NCBI GenBank assembly: GCA_013166775.1
Contig: JABLTJ010000036.1
Location: 1 to 30,600 of the forward strand
Length of the DNA stretch: 30,600 bases
Reading direction: 5' to 3'
DNA from: Promethearchaeati archaeon
Lineage (GTDB): Archaea > Asgardarchaeota > Heimdallarchaeia > Heimdallarchaeales > Heimdallarchaeaceae
Numbering within the stretch: the stretch's first letter is position 1; each line of letters opens with the position of its first letter. This document shows, in pieces, positions 17,932-26,209 of the stretch. Made by a program: the position numbers and the translations under genes. The notes beneath the pieces are model-generated. The model was not told the DNA's origin. It did not search any database and saw only the letters and a program-made list of their open reading frames with translations.

Positions 17932-18951
17932 TTAACCAAAATATGAATCTAATATAGTTTGTTTTGATAATGGATATGCAGTGAACCCCCTTCTTCGTAA
18001 CTCCGCAGCAAATCTTGTAGTATGTCCATACACTGTGAAAATCTGCTTTGGATCACATTTTTCACATATTTCAATTAACTCTGAAAAATCTGCATGATCA
18101 CTTATTGGAATCCCATGGTCAACTCCCATTCTATATCTATAATTCTTTGATATCCCCCATCCAGAAAAAGCAAAAAGTTTGACGCCATATTTTTCTTTTA
18201 AGTAGGAATAAAACTTATCCCTTCCAGATTTTAAAGGAGCAAAAAGTATCCAATTAGCTTTCTCAGCAAGAATATTCTTCTCCTTTGCTTCTTGATAGGA
18301 TATAGCTTTTATGTAACCTTTTACTCCATTAGATTCAAGAAAAGAATTAATCTTAAAGTTCGCTCCATGCAAGATTATTGTCTCTGAAAGATTACCAAAC
18401 GCATGATAAAGCATTTGAGCTTTACCCAATGGGTAACCCATTAACACAACTGGTATATTATTGTCTAAATATGTTCTAATCTCATCTTTTGTCTGTTCAA
18501 TCACATCATTATAATGTGGAAATTCATATTCAGGAGAACCAAACGTACTCTCTACGATAAGTGTATCACATTTTGTAGGTTCAAATGGTTGTAAGAAACC
18601 TTTATCTCTAATAGAAACATCTCCTGTATAAATTAATTTTCCGTCATTTGAATCTGCAATAAGTGCAGTAGACCCAATTATATGACCACTCGAGACTTGA
18701 TTAAATGAAACATTTTCTTGTGTAAAGTTCTCATAAAATTCCGCGTCTTCATAATTTGAAACAAAATTATTTAGAAGCAATTTTGTAACATGTGATGTAA
18801 TAATGTTCGTCTTTGGAAGCTTCTTGGGTATATGATCTGAATGTGCGTGACTTATAAACGATAATGGATAATAATTCGAATTTGTACTATCACAAGTGAT
18901 CTTCCAGTTTCTTCCTTCAATGTGAATTGCTTTGGACAAATATACTTTCAT
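17932..18951 (-). CDS. Metallo-beta-lactamase/beta-CASP nuclease
   Basis: Motifs SHAHSDH, GHIIGS, YTGD, VESTFG, GYPLGKAQ, SGW and SDHAD. Confidence 0.9.
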   Translation of the reverse strand: MKVYLSKAIHIEGRNWKITCDSTNSNYYPLSFISHAHSDHIPKKLPKTNIITSHVTKLLLNNFVSNYEDAEFYENFTQENVSFNQVSSGHIIGSTALIADSNDGKLIYTGDVSIRDKGFLQPFEPTKCDTLIVESTFGSPEYEFPHYNDVIEQTKDEIRTYLDNNIPVVLMGYPLGKAQMLYHAFGNLSETIILHGANFKINSFLESNGVKGYIKAISYQEAKEKNILAEKANWILFAPLKSGRDKFYSYLKEKYGVKLFAFSGWGISKNYRYRMGVDHGIPISDHADFSELIEICEKCDPKQIFTVYGHTTRFAAELRRRGFTAYPLSKQTILDSYFG

Positions 18952-19049
18952 TTATTCCTCTATCTATAATAAATAATTCAATATTTATACATTTATTATT
19001 TCTTCAAAATAATCAAGTAAAAATAATAAAAAAAGAAAGAAAATGCTTA

Positions 19050-19703
19050 TTATTTATAAGGCATTATTTGTATAGCGATATTTTCGTCAGTTAATTCTAC
19101 ATCTCTAGCTGCTCTTTTGATAGCTTCTTTTGCAATCTCAACCATTTCCTCAGTTGTAAGATCTTCATTGTATTTTTCTTTCAGATAAGCAATTGCTTCT
19201 GAATCTCCTTCTCCCATTGCTTTAGCTTTGCATGAAGCTACACTACCTCCAGGATCAACAAATTGTAGATTTGGTCCTGTATGATCAATTCCTCCAAAGA
19301 GCATTCCCACACCAAAAGGTCTTAAACCTCCTTGTTGTGTGAAAAGTTGCACGTAATCACCTATTTTTATGGCTAAACCTTTAACATCAATTGGATCTCT
19401 ATAGGTCAACCTGAAGATTTCAGCTTCTAGACGAGCTCGACTTATTAATATTCGTCCATCTGCTGCTACTCCTGCAAAAATAGCTTGAATATTTTCTGAA
19501 ATTTTATGAATTTTCAGATCAGGTTCATTTAGGTCAACTACTCTAAGTAAGCCTGCTAAAACAACACCGCTCTTGCTTTTGATTCCTATAGCGATACTTC
19601 CTCTTCGAACTGATTCTCGAGCATATTCTGTTTGAATAATTCTCCCTTCAGGAGAATACATTACTGTGCTTCTGTCATATCCCATCGATTGTGGACCCAA
19701 CAT
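19050..19703 (-). CDS. psmA: 20S proteasome alpha subunit (divergent, C-terminally short)
   Basis: Alpha signature YDRSTVMYSPEGRIIQTEYA, plus G..ADGR, TQ.GG.RPFGV and DPGG; 217 aa. Confidence 0.93.
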   Translation of the reverse strand: MLGPQSMGYDRSTVMYSPEGRIIQTEYARESVRRGSIAIGIKSKSGVVLAGLLRVVDLNEPDLKIHKISENIQAIFAGVAADGRILISRARLEAEIFRLTYRDPIDVKGLAIKIGDYVQLFTQQGGLRPFGVGMLFGGIDHTGPNLQFVDPGGSVASCKAKAMGEGDSEAIAYLKEKYNEDLTTEEMVEIAKEAIKRAARDVELTDENIAIQIMPYK

Positions 19704-19704
19704 T

Positions 19705-20370
19705 TTATTCTTCCTCCAAAACCTTAATTATATCTTCAGAAGTCAATCTTCTAACTCCTTTTTTGTTCACGACTGCTACGTCCATTCCGTCACCAGTTGC
19801 TGCATCTCTACTAATTGCTGTAGCTAAAGCTTTGATAGCTATTTTGAGACCTTCTACTTCGGTAAGATTAGCTTTCCATCTTGATTCCAGAACACCAATA
19901 GCGATTGGGGATCCTGAACCTGTAGAAGCAAAATCTTCATCACTGATTCCACCTGCCATATCAAGTGTAAATACATGTGGTCCTTCATCATCAAGTCCAC
20001 AAACCATCATATTTACCCAGTATGGAAAGTACGATCTATATTGTTCATACATTATGGATGCTAACAGATTCCCTGCCATCTTTGTCGATGGTGCATAACC
20101 TCTTCCTAATTCATAGAGGTTAATATTTGCTCTAGTTAGGTTAACTAGATACTGAGCATCGGAAACCATACCTGCAATAGTTGCTACTGTATGTTTGTTT
20201 AATTCATGGAGTTTTTCAGCTTTCTTTGAAGCTACAAATGTACCCATTGAAGCTCTTCTATCTGCTGCTGCAATTATTCCGTCTTTTATTCTTAGTGCTA
20301 CAGTTGTAGTACCATGCTTTGGTTCCATATATTGATTATTGGGCATTCCATTGAAATTTGGATTATTCAT
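19705..20370 (-). CDS. psmB: 20S proteasome beta subunit with propeptide and catalytic Thr
   Basis: Processing site HG|TTT, plus AADRRAS, K33, AGMVSDAQ, TGSGS and RDAATGDG. SD GAGGTAA at 20375..20381. Confidence 0.95.
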   Translation of the reverse strand: MNNPNFNGMPNNQYMEPKHGTTTVALRIKDGIIAAADRRASMGTFVASKKAEKLHELNKHTVATIAGMVSDAQYLVNLTRANINLYELGRGYAPSTKMAGNLLASIMYEQYRSYFPYWVNMMVCGLDDEGPHVFTLDMAGGISDEDFASTGSGSPIAIGVLESRWKANLTEVEGLKIAIKALATAISRDAATGDGMDVAVVNKKGVRRLTSEDIIKVLEEE

Positions 20371-20433
20371 GATATTACCTCATTTTTTCCTTTTATATTG
20401 AATATAAATATTTAATGTTTTTCTACTAAAATA

Positions 20434-21144
20434 TTAGTTATATGAATTTTGATTAATCTCTTCATCGATCTCTTCAATTTCTGATAGAATATCATTTTGA
20501 TTCACGATTTCGTTTTTTATCCAATTTGAAATATAAGTCATTTCAGAGTAACTTGGATGTTTTGTTCGATATTCTATATCAACATCACCAAAAGCTCCTA
20601 TGAAGAGGTGGACTTGGTTATTTCTACCGTCTTCCCAGCAAAGTTCTATACTGTTTTCCAGATTTTTTCTGTAAAGATATCTAAATTTACCAAACCATCT
20701 TCTTTCCAGATAAGATGCTATAATATCTTGATCAATAGGTGGAATGATTTTCATTCTTTTCCAGTTTGAATAAGATAAATTTTCTTGTGTATTGATTGCT
20801 CTATTCTTGATTAGATCTCTAAGAAGTTCTCTAGTTCGTTTACTCCCCAAATCAGTTATTTCATATGTACCATTATCTTTCTTTAGAAGTAATCCTCTAT
20901 CTTGTAATCGCTTAAGTGCTTTAGTTAACTGATGTTGATGAAGGGAAGTTGTTTTTCTTAAACCAGAGAATGTGTAAGAAACTTGTGAATCTGATAAAAT
21001 CAGAAGCAATTGAACCTCAGGTATAGTTAGATAGTTGTAATCTGTATTATAGAAATAATCATACGGCAATTCATCTAATTTTGGTATCGTACTCTGACTC
21101 TTGTCATAGAAAGGTATATCTTGATACCCTTGGTCCATATTCAT
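20434..21144 (-). CDS. Winged helix-turn-helix (MarR/HxlR-like) protein with an uncharacterised C-terminal domain
   Basis: FSGLRKTTSLHQHQLTKALKRLQDRGLL.K..NGTYEITDLG is a typical wHTH. The N-terminus is Tyr/Asp-rich. Confidence 0.8.
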   Translation of the reverse strand: MNMDQGYQDIPFYDKSQSTIPKLDELPYDYFYNTDYNYLTIPEVQLLLILSDSQVSYTFSGLRKTTSLHQHQLTKALKRLQDRGLLLKKDNGTYEITDLGSKRTRELLRDLIKNRAINTQENLSYSNWKRMKIIPPIDQDIIASYLERRWFGKFRYLYRKNLENSIELCWEDGRNNQVHLFIGAFGDVDIEYRTKHPSYSEMTYISNWIKNEIVNQNDILSEIEEIDEEINQNSYN

Positions 21145-21251
21145 TTCTCTTCACAATGTTTACGATTATTTAGCTATATAATGACTCAGTTACAACAGAT
21201 TCTTAAGAAACTTCAATAATCTCTTTGAATTAATATTGAGGTTCTTTTAGT

Positions 21252-22988
21252 TTAATCTTCGTTTTCTTCCTCATTCCTCAACTCTTTTGTTGTGGCCGCA
21301 GAAGTGGGATGTAAGTAAACCTCTCCATCAAGAATCGTGTAAGGTATCCTTCTTTGATCTATCCATGAAGCTGTTTCTCTGAACTCTTTAAACATATCAT
21401 TGCTTACAATCATTGCATTCTCCTCTTCTGCAAGTCTTAGTATGAATTTATCTCCATCAACTCTAGCAGGAAGCATTTTCATTGCACCATCTTTTACTAG
21501 TTTATCTAATCGTCTTTGATTGTCTATTTGATACCTTAAAGCTGCATCTGCAACAGTTACAATCTTCTTGAAATTCGCTCTACTTAATCTATTAATCATA
21601 GCTTCAATATTATTTATTTTTGGCTTGTCACTAGAGCCTTTCTCTTCCCAAGCAATGTTGCTACCATCTAGAATAACTGTATCTAGAGGATATATTACTT
21701 CGGGAAATTGCCTTTCTGAATCTAATCTACCCTTGGATGATAATCGCTTTATAACGTCTCTAGAGAAATATATGATCCCAATCAGCATAGAAGCAAAGAT
21801 GATACCATAAGCATAATATAGATTCATCCCATCTGAAATCTCACCCATAGGATATATGATGATAGTTCTTATGATGGATGAGATTAACGTTGAGTACCAT
21901 TTAGTTTCCGTTATGGTTGTCCACTCAATCTCTATCCAAAATCTTAAGTTTGCAGCTCCTTCGGTCGTTGAGTTTGCATCTACAGTGAAGAAATGTACCC
22001 CTGAGCTGACTTTGATAATATTAATCTCTCCATTCTCATATTCCAATTTTTCACAATCTAGTCTTGGTGCAATAAACAGTGATTCATCTTCTTCATTGTC
22101 GACTGTAAATGAGATAACATAAGTTTCTCCCATAGTAGCATTCGATGGTATTTCATAACTATCCAAATTCAAATAGGGGTTAACAATGATATCTAGCGGA
22201 TCGCTAATACCAATTATCTGAACTAAAGGTTCATCAATCGTTCTATATGAATACGAAAAAGAATATTTCTTATAGAGATATATATCAGGATCAAAACGTA
22301 TATTGCCTTGATATGTTTCTCCATCTGTTAACTCTAATTCAAAAACATCTATGTAGATTTCGACAGAACCTATTGTACCTGAACTTTCAATATTTGTTAG
22401 AGAAACATTTGTAACTGTTGAACCACCAATGTTAGTTATCGCGTAATTCACTGCGTTACTCTCATTTCTGGTCAGAAAAGAAGGATTCTCAGGGAAAAAC
22501 ATTCTTACTCTCCCAACAGGAAGAATGGTTAATTCAAATGTCCTTTGAAGTTGATATGTGTCTGTTGTAGAGCTATTTGCCAATGCATTTACAGAATAAG
22601 TACCTGCATTTAGACTATTGAAGTTTGACCAGATAACGGTTTCATTAACGTAATCTGTTGTTAGAACAGGAATGGTTTTCTCATAAATTAATGAGTCAGA
22701 AGCGGATGTAATATTAAAATAAATGTCAGAATCTGGAAGAAGTGAAGAATCATTTTCATCAACAAATCTAAAATGAAGTATTAAATCATCCACTCCTCTT
22801 GTTATAAAGCTTGAATTTAGTAATAATTCAAAAGTCGCATTTCTTGATTGATCGAAATAGTAATTATCGTTTGTTGTTCCTAGATTCCTTTGGTCCCCTA
22901 AAGTAGTAATTGGATTCATGAAGCCAAACAGCAGAATGAAACCGAAAATAACTAAATTTACTCTAGAGGACCATAACCTCCTAAACAT
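21252..22988 (-). CDS. Type I membrane protein: signal peptide, Ig/CARDB-like ectodomain, TM helix, cytoplasmic Zc3h12a/Regnase-like NYN (PIN-fold) ribonuclease
   Basis: Signal VNLVIFGFILLFGFM; 10 N-x-S/T sequons before the TM (YYAYGIIFASMLIGIIYFS, then RDVIKR); after it VILDGSNIA, VAD, DGDKFIL, IVSNDMF and WI..RR. TTG at 22991 is followed directly by ATG at 22988. Confidence 0.85.
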   Translation of the reverse strand: MFRRLWSSRVNLVIFGFILLFGFMNPITTLGDQRNLGTTNDNYYFDQSRNATFELLLNSSFITRGVDDLILHFRFVDENDSSLLPDSDIYFNITSASDSLIYEKTIPVLTTDYVNETVIWSNFNSLNAGTYSVNALANSSTTDTYQLQRTFELTILPVGRVRMFFPENPSFLTRNESNAVNYAITNIGGSTVTNVSLTNIESSGTIGSVEIYIDVFELELTDGETYQGNIRFDPDIYLYKKYSFSYSYRTIDEPLVQIIGISDPLDIIVNPYLNLDSYEIPSNATMGETYVISFTVDNEEDESLFIAPRLDCEKLEYENGEINIIKVSSGVHFFTVDANSTTEGAANLRFWIEIEWTTITETKWYSTLISSIIRTIIIYPMGEISDGMNLYYAYGIIFASMLIGIIYFSRDVIKRLSSKGRLDSERQFPEVIYPLDTVILDGSNIAWEEKGSSDKPKINNIEAMINRLSRANFKKIVTVADAALRYQIDNQRRLDKLVKDGAMKMLPARVDGDKFILRLAEEENAMIVSNDMFKEFRETASWIDQRRIPYTILDGEVYLHPTSAATTKELRNEEENED

Positions 22989-22998
22989 CAATTGACAC

Positions 22999-23021
22999 TT
23001 CTATTCTATTCTATTCTATTC
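22999..23021. repeat. Pentanucleotide tandem repeat (TTCTA) x ~4.6
   Basis: ttctattctattctattctattc lies just upstream of the membrane RNase start codon. Confidence 0.8.
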
Positions 23022-23110
23022 AAGACTTATTTAGTTTGTCAATATAATAAGTTTATCTAGTAATATCTGTTTTTCTCCTAAATAAATTTCTGAAAAGAAA
23101 AAATAATGTA

Positions 23111-23441
23111 ATTGGACGATGCGAAAATACCCCTGATTCTGTTTGGAAGCCGTCAAGGACCTTCCTGGCAACATTCGTCTAAGCACTTTACCCGGCTCAA
23201 AGAGCCCTATTTAAGCTTGCTCCAAGATGCTTGGCCGTTTCATCGTTCCCTATATTCTCCTCAGCAAATTATCTCAATAATGTCACCATTATCTTCATCG
23301 CATCATTGTCTCGGAATATAGGACGTGTCGTTTCTGTTCCATGAGCCACACTCTCGCATGGTGGAAAGTTTCCACATCTGATAGAGGAGTCAGGAGGTTC
23401 CTCAGTTTTAAACCGATGGTTGCCCTTTCGCTTCGTCCAAT
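23111..23441 (-). ncRNA. rnpB: Archaeal RNase P RNA
   Basis: Minus strand shows P1 ATTGGACGAAGCGAAA/TTTCGCATCGTCCAAT, CR-I GAGGAACCTCCTGA pairing with CR-V ACAGAATCAGGGGTA, plus ACAGAAA, TGAAAC, GGAGCAAG and AGACGAATG. It is a GC-richer island. Confidence 0.93.
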
Positions 23442-23563
23442 CATCATTATCTCAATTATTAAAATAAAGCTAGCTATTGTAGTGAGGTTGTCTTTATTTA
23501 TACATTAATTACTCAAATTTGTGGGGTTTATATAGATTTATTTAACTCAGAACAGCGAAAGTA

Positions 23564-23926
23564 ATGACGTTTTTATGGGGAGATACTGAAGATGCGAGAG
23601 ATGCTAAGAAAAACTCATTTGAAAGAAGATTAGCGGTAATATTAAGTGAGCAAGGAAAAATTCACATAAACGAATTGATGAAAATTATGTGGGGTGGGCA
23701 TTATCTATTAACCAATTTTCAAGGAATTCTAGAAATGGTGAAACATTTAGTAAAAGAGGGGAAGATTATTTTTAATGATAATTATATTTCTTTAGCATTA
23801 ATGACTGTTTTTGAAGATGGAGGGTTTAGAGAAAAATCTGTTTGGGATATTATCCAGAAAGAAGAAGATGTGGAAGAAAAGAAAGAAATAATGAGACGAT
23901 ATAAAGAAATTAATTCACTAACTTGA
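23564..23926 (+). CDS. Hypothetical protein, possibly with a winged-helix domain
   Basis: ATG ORF with a TATA-like TTTATATA upstream. The pattern ILSEQGKIHINEL...VKHLVKEGKII is wH-like. Confidence 0.6.
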   Translation: MTFLWGDTEDARDAKKNSFERRLAVILSEQGKIHINELMKIMWGGHYLLTNFQGILEMVKHLVKEGKIIFNDNYISLALMTVFEDGGFREKSVWDIIQKEEDVEEKKEIMRRYKEINSLT

Positions 23927-24019
23927 TTAGAATTTATGTTATCAAATAGGTTATATCATCGAAAAATATTTAGAGGGTAGTTTTAAGAACAGATTAATTC
24001 CAATAATCGTAAGGAGTTA

Positions 24020-24095
24020 GGACCAGTAGTTCAGTGGATAGAATGGCTGCCTGCGGAGCAGTTGGTCGTCGGTTCGAATCCGATCTGGTCCGCCA
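24020..24095 (+). tRNA. tRNA-Arg(GCG), encoded CCA
   Basis: Acceptor GGACCAG/CTGGTCC-G-CCA; anticodon arm GCTGC-CTGCGGA-GCAGT; T arm GTCGG-TTCGAAT-CCGAT. Confidence 0.97.
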
Positions 24096-24107
24096 ATTTA
24101 TTTTTTT
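24096..24107 (+). terminator. Oligo-T archaeal terminator after tRNA-Arg(GCG)
   Basis: A T-rich tract ending in a T7 run lies directly after the CCA. Confidence 0.5.
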
Positions 24108-24121
24108 GCCTTATCAGTTTT

Positions 24122-24772
24122 TCATAACTCTGAATGTTTTATCTTGTAAAAGGGACTATTTTTCTTCAGAGGAATTTGCATGAAAGCTTCAGCATATTTG
24201 ACAGATGCTTGAGTACCTCTCATCAAAGTTCTGTAACGATGAAAATTAATGTAAAAATCGTCTCCACCTTTGTGTAGTTGTGATTTATAACATCTAATAG
24301 CTTTCTCTTTCTTTTGATAAAATTCAGTTATATCGATAAATATATGGGGATTTGGAAGCAAAACTGTAGTTTCTGAAGTATAAAGTTTGGATACAAGGTG
24401 GGGATTTTCATATTGTGTTTCATGAGCTGCCCATTCAATACATTCTCTAACAATCTTAAACGTTGATTTATGATCAATATGATAATCCTCCTCAATATGA
24501 GTAATGATTATATCTGGTTTAAAATCTAATATAAATTCTATAAGCCTCTGTGTTATTAGTTGTTCATTTTTATGTACATCAGGATAATCAAAAATAAGAT
24601 TCTCCTCAATCCCCAATGCTTTAACTGCTTCGAAATATTCAGATTTCCTAACACTATCTGAAGATAAACAAACAGTAATTACTTGATCACCTTCTGCTGC
24701 GTACTTAGCTATTGTCCCACCTGTGCTAAGAGATTCATCATCAGGATGAGCAAAAATAAATGCAAGTTTCAC
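24122..24772 (-). CDS. PIG-L/LmbE family deacetylase (candidate BshB)
   Basis: Motifs FAHPDDE, GGTIAKY, RKSE, HIDH, YKSQ and YAEAF; GTG start. Confidence 0.88.
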   Translation of the reverse strand: MKLAFIFAHPDDESLSTGGTIAKYAAEGDQVITVCLSSDSVRKSEYFEAVKALGIEENLIFDYPDVHKNEQLITQRLIEFILDFKPDIIITHIEEDYHIDHKSTFKIVRECIEWAAHETQYENPHLVSKLYTSETTVLLPNPHIFIDITEFYQKKEKAIRCYKSQLHKGGDDFYINFHRYRTLMRGTQASVKYAEAFMQIPLKKNSPFYKIKHSEL

Positions 24773-24823
24773 ACTATTATAGCTTTAACTTGCATATAAA
24801 AACAATTCCAAAGAATTTAGTAA

Positions 24824-25843
24824 CTAATCTTTTTTCTTGAGTGAATTTGTAGCATGGTATCCAGTTTTATATCCATCACCCATCAAAATTGGGGCGTAAT
24901 CTAATTCTCCTTTAACAGTTCCTGCAGCAAAAACACCCTCAACATTGGTTGAGCCGTTCTCATTTGTTTTGATGAATCCTTCTGATGTCTTTTCTAGATT
25001 TAGATTTGCGAATATTGAAAAATCAGGTTTATCCTTTAACTCAATGAATACTCCATTAACAGATATGTCTTTTACTTCATCATCTTCTCTATATCTCAAC
25101 CCTTGAACCATTTGTGTTCCAGAGATTTCTATTGTACTCAAATCTATTCCTGTTTTTATTACGATGTTTTGAGCGAGTTGTAATTTTTTCAAGAATCTTT
25201 TATCACACTTGAGTTCATCAGTTGGACATAGAAGTGTAATTTTTCTGCAATATTTCCTTAGAAAAAGTGTTCCTCTTGCTACAAAATTACCTTTTCCAAT
25301 AATGGCAACTTTCTTTCCGCGATAAAGAGCACCATCGCATACTGCGCAATACGATACTCCTTTATGTTCAAATTCATCCTCTCCTTTAATTGTTTGTTTG
25401 AGTTCTGGTACCCCTGTAGATATTATGATAGCATTTGACTTAATGGTTTCTTGTTCAGTTTTAATTTCGAATCCTGATTCACTTTTTGAAACAGATGATA
25501 TCATCTCATTTGTAACAATTATCTTTGGGAAATCTTGTTTCATTTCCTCAGGTACTTGAGTGTCAGATGTTTCCTCGGCTCGTTCTTCACCTAGTTTATC
25601 TTGTGCAAATTCAAGGTTAAAGCTTTCAACTTGTTGAACAAGTTGTTGGATGAAATCTACTCCAACAATCTTATTTATTCCAGGAATATTCTCAATCTCA
25701 CCTTTTTTTGCAGTATTAGAATCAAAGGGGATTCCAAATAATTTAATTTTTAAATCTGGATTTCTTGAATAAGCTGCTATTGCTGCTGATAGTCCTGTTA
25801 AGCCAGAACCAATGATAGCTAAGTCACAATTATTATTTTCCAT
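24824..25843 (-). CDS. Thioredoxin reductase-like flavoprotein (TrxB family, atypical)
   Basis: FAD motif IIGSGLTG, IENIPG, KGVSYCAVCDG (CxxC) and TNVEGVFAAG. The NADPH-binding motifs are altered. Confidence 0.85.
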   Translation of the reverse strand: MENNNCDLAIIGSGLTGLSAAIAAYSRNPDLKIKLFGIPFDSNTAKKGEIENIPGINKIVGVDFIQQLVQQVESFNLEFAQDKLGEERAEETSDTQVPEEMKQDFPKIIVTNEMISSVSKSESGFEIKTEQETIKSNAIIISTGVPELKQTIKGEDEFEHKGVSYCAVCDGALYRGKKVAIIGKGNFVARGTLFLRKYCRKITLLCPTDELKCDKRFLKKLQLAQNIVIKTGIDLSTIEISGTQMVQGLRYREDDEVKDISVNGVFIELKDKPDFSIFANLNLEKTSEGFIKTNENGSTNVEGVFAAGTVKGELDYAPILMGDGYKTGYHATNSLKKKD

Positions 25844-25924
25844 ATCTATAAAACTAGGTAAGTTTAAAATAAATTTATCTATGGTAAAAAATACAAATTT
25901 AGAATGAAAAAAAGAAAAAAGGGC

Positions 25925-26146
25925 TTAGTTATCGTTATTTACGATGAAATAAAAGACACTTCTCATATCTGAAAGATTACTTCGTTTAACGATTAAACCA
26001 AGTTCTATAAGTCTCCTTAACGCATACCTAGCTGTTCTAGCTGGTATTGCTGAAGCTTTTATCAATTGTTTCTGGGTTAAAGGACCCTTCTTCTCTAGAA
26101 TAGATAAAAGTTTCTTCCCTGATACTGGTATTTCTTCATCTGCCAT
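25925..26146 (-). CDS. Small winged-helix (MarR/ArsR-like) transcriptional regulator
   Basis: GPLTQKQL...IPARTARYALRRLIELGLIVKRSNLSDMRSVFY; SD-like AAGGGGA upstream. Confidence 0.88.
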   Translation of the reverse strand: MADEEIPVSGKKLLSILEKKGPLTQKQLIKASAIPARTARYALRRLIELGLIVKRSNLSDMRSVFYFIVNNDN

Positions 26147-26179
26147 GCATTATCCCCTTGCTTAGTTTGTAATACCACT

Positions 26180-26209
26180 GTAGTACTTCACGCACTACCT
26201 TTATAAAAG
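26180..26209 (-). promoter_or_regulatory. TATA box (TTTTATAAAG) abutting the inverted repeat GTAGT-N9-ACTAC, a candidate operator
   Basis: The dyad at 26180..26198 lies between the TATA box (26199..26209) and the start of the wHTH gene. Confidence 0.4.

Noticed and set aside
17563-18951. Restriction/defence operon (Mrr-like plus MBL nuclease)
   Set aside because: The genes are convergent, the Mrr-like catalytic motif is missing, and no methylase or ATPase partner is present.
20434-21251. XBP1/HAC1-style unconventional intron in the wHTH mRNA
   Set aside because: The ORF is continuous, and I could not see paired stem-loops or an alternative frame.
23112-23321. 69-aa plus-strand ORF
   Set aside because: It is an antisense shadow of the RNase P RNA.
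24824-25843. Calling this gene ypdA (bacillithiol disulfide reductase)
   Set aside because: It retains the TrxB CxxC motif (GVSYCAVCDG), which YpdA lacks.
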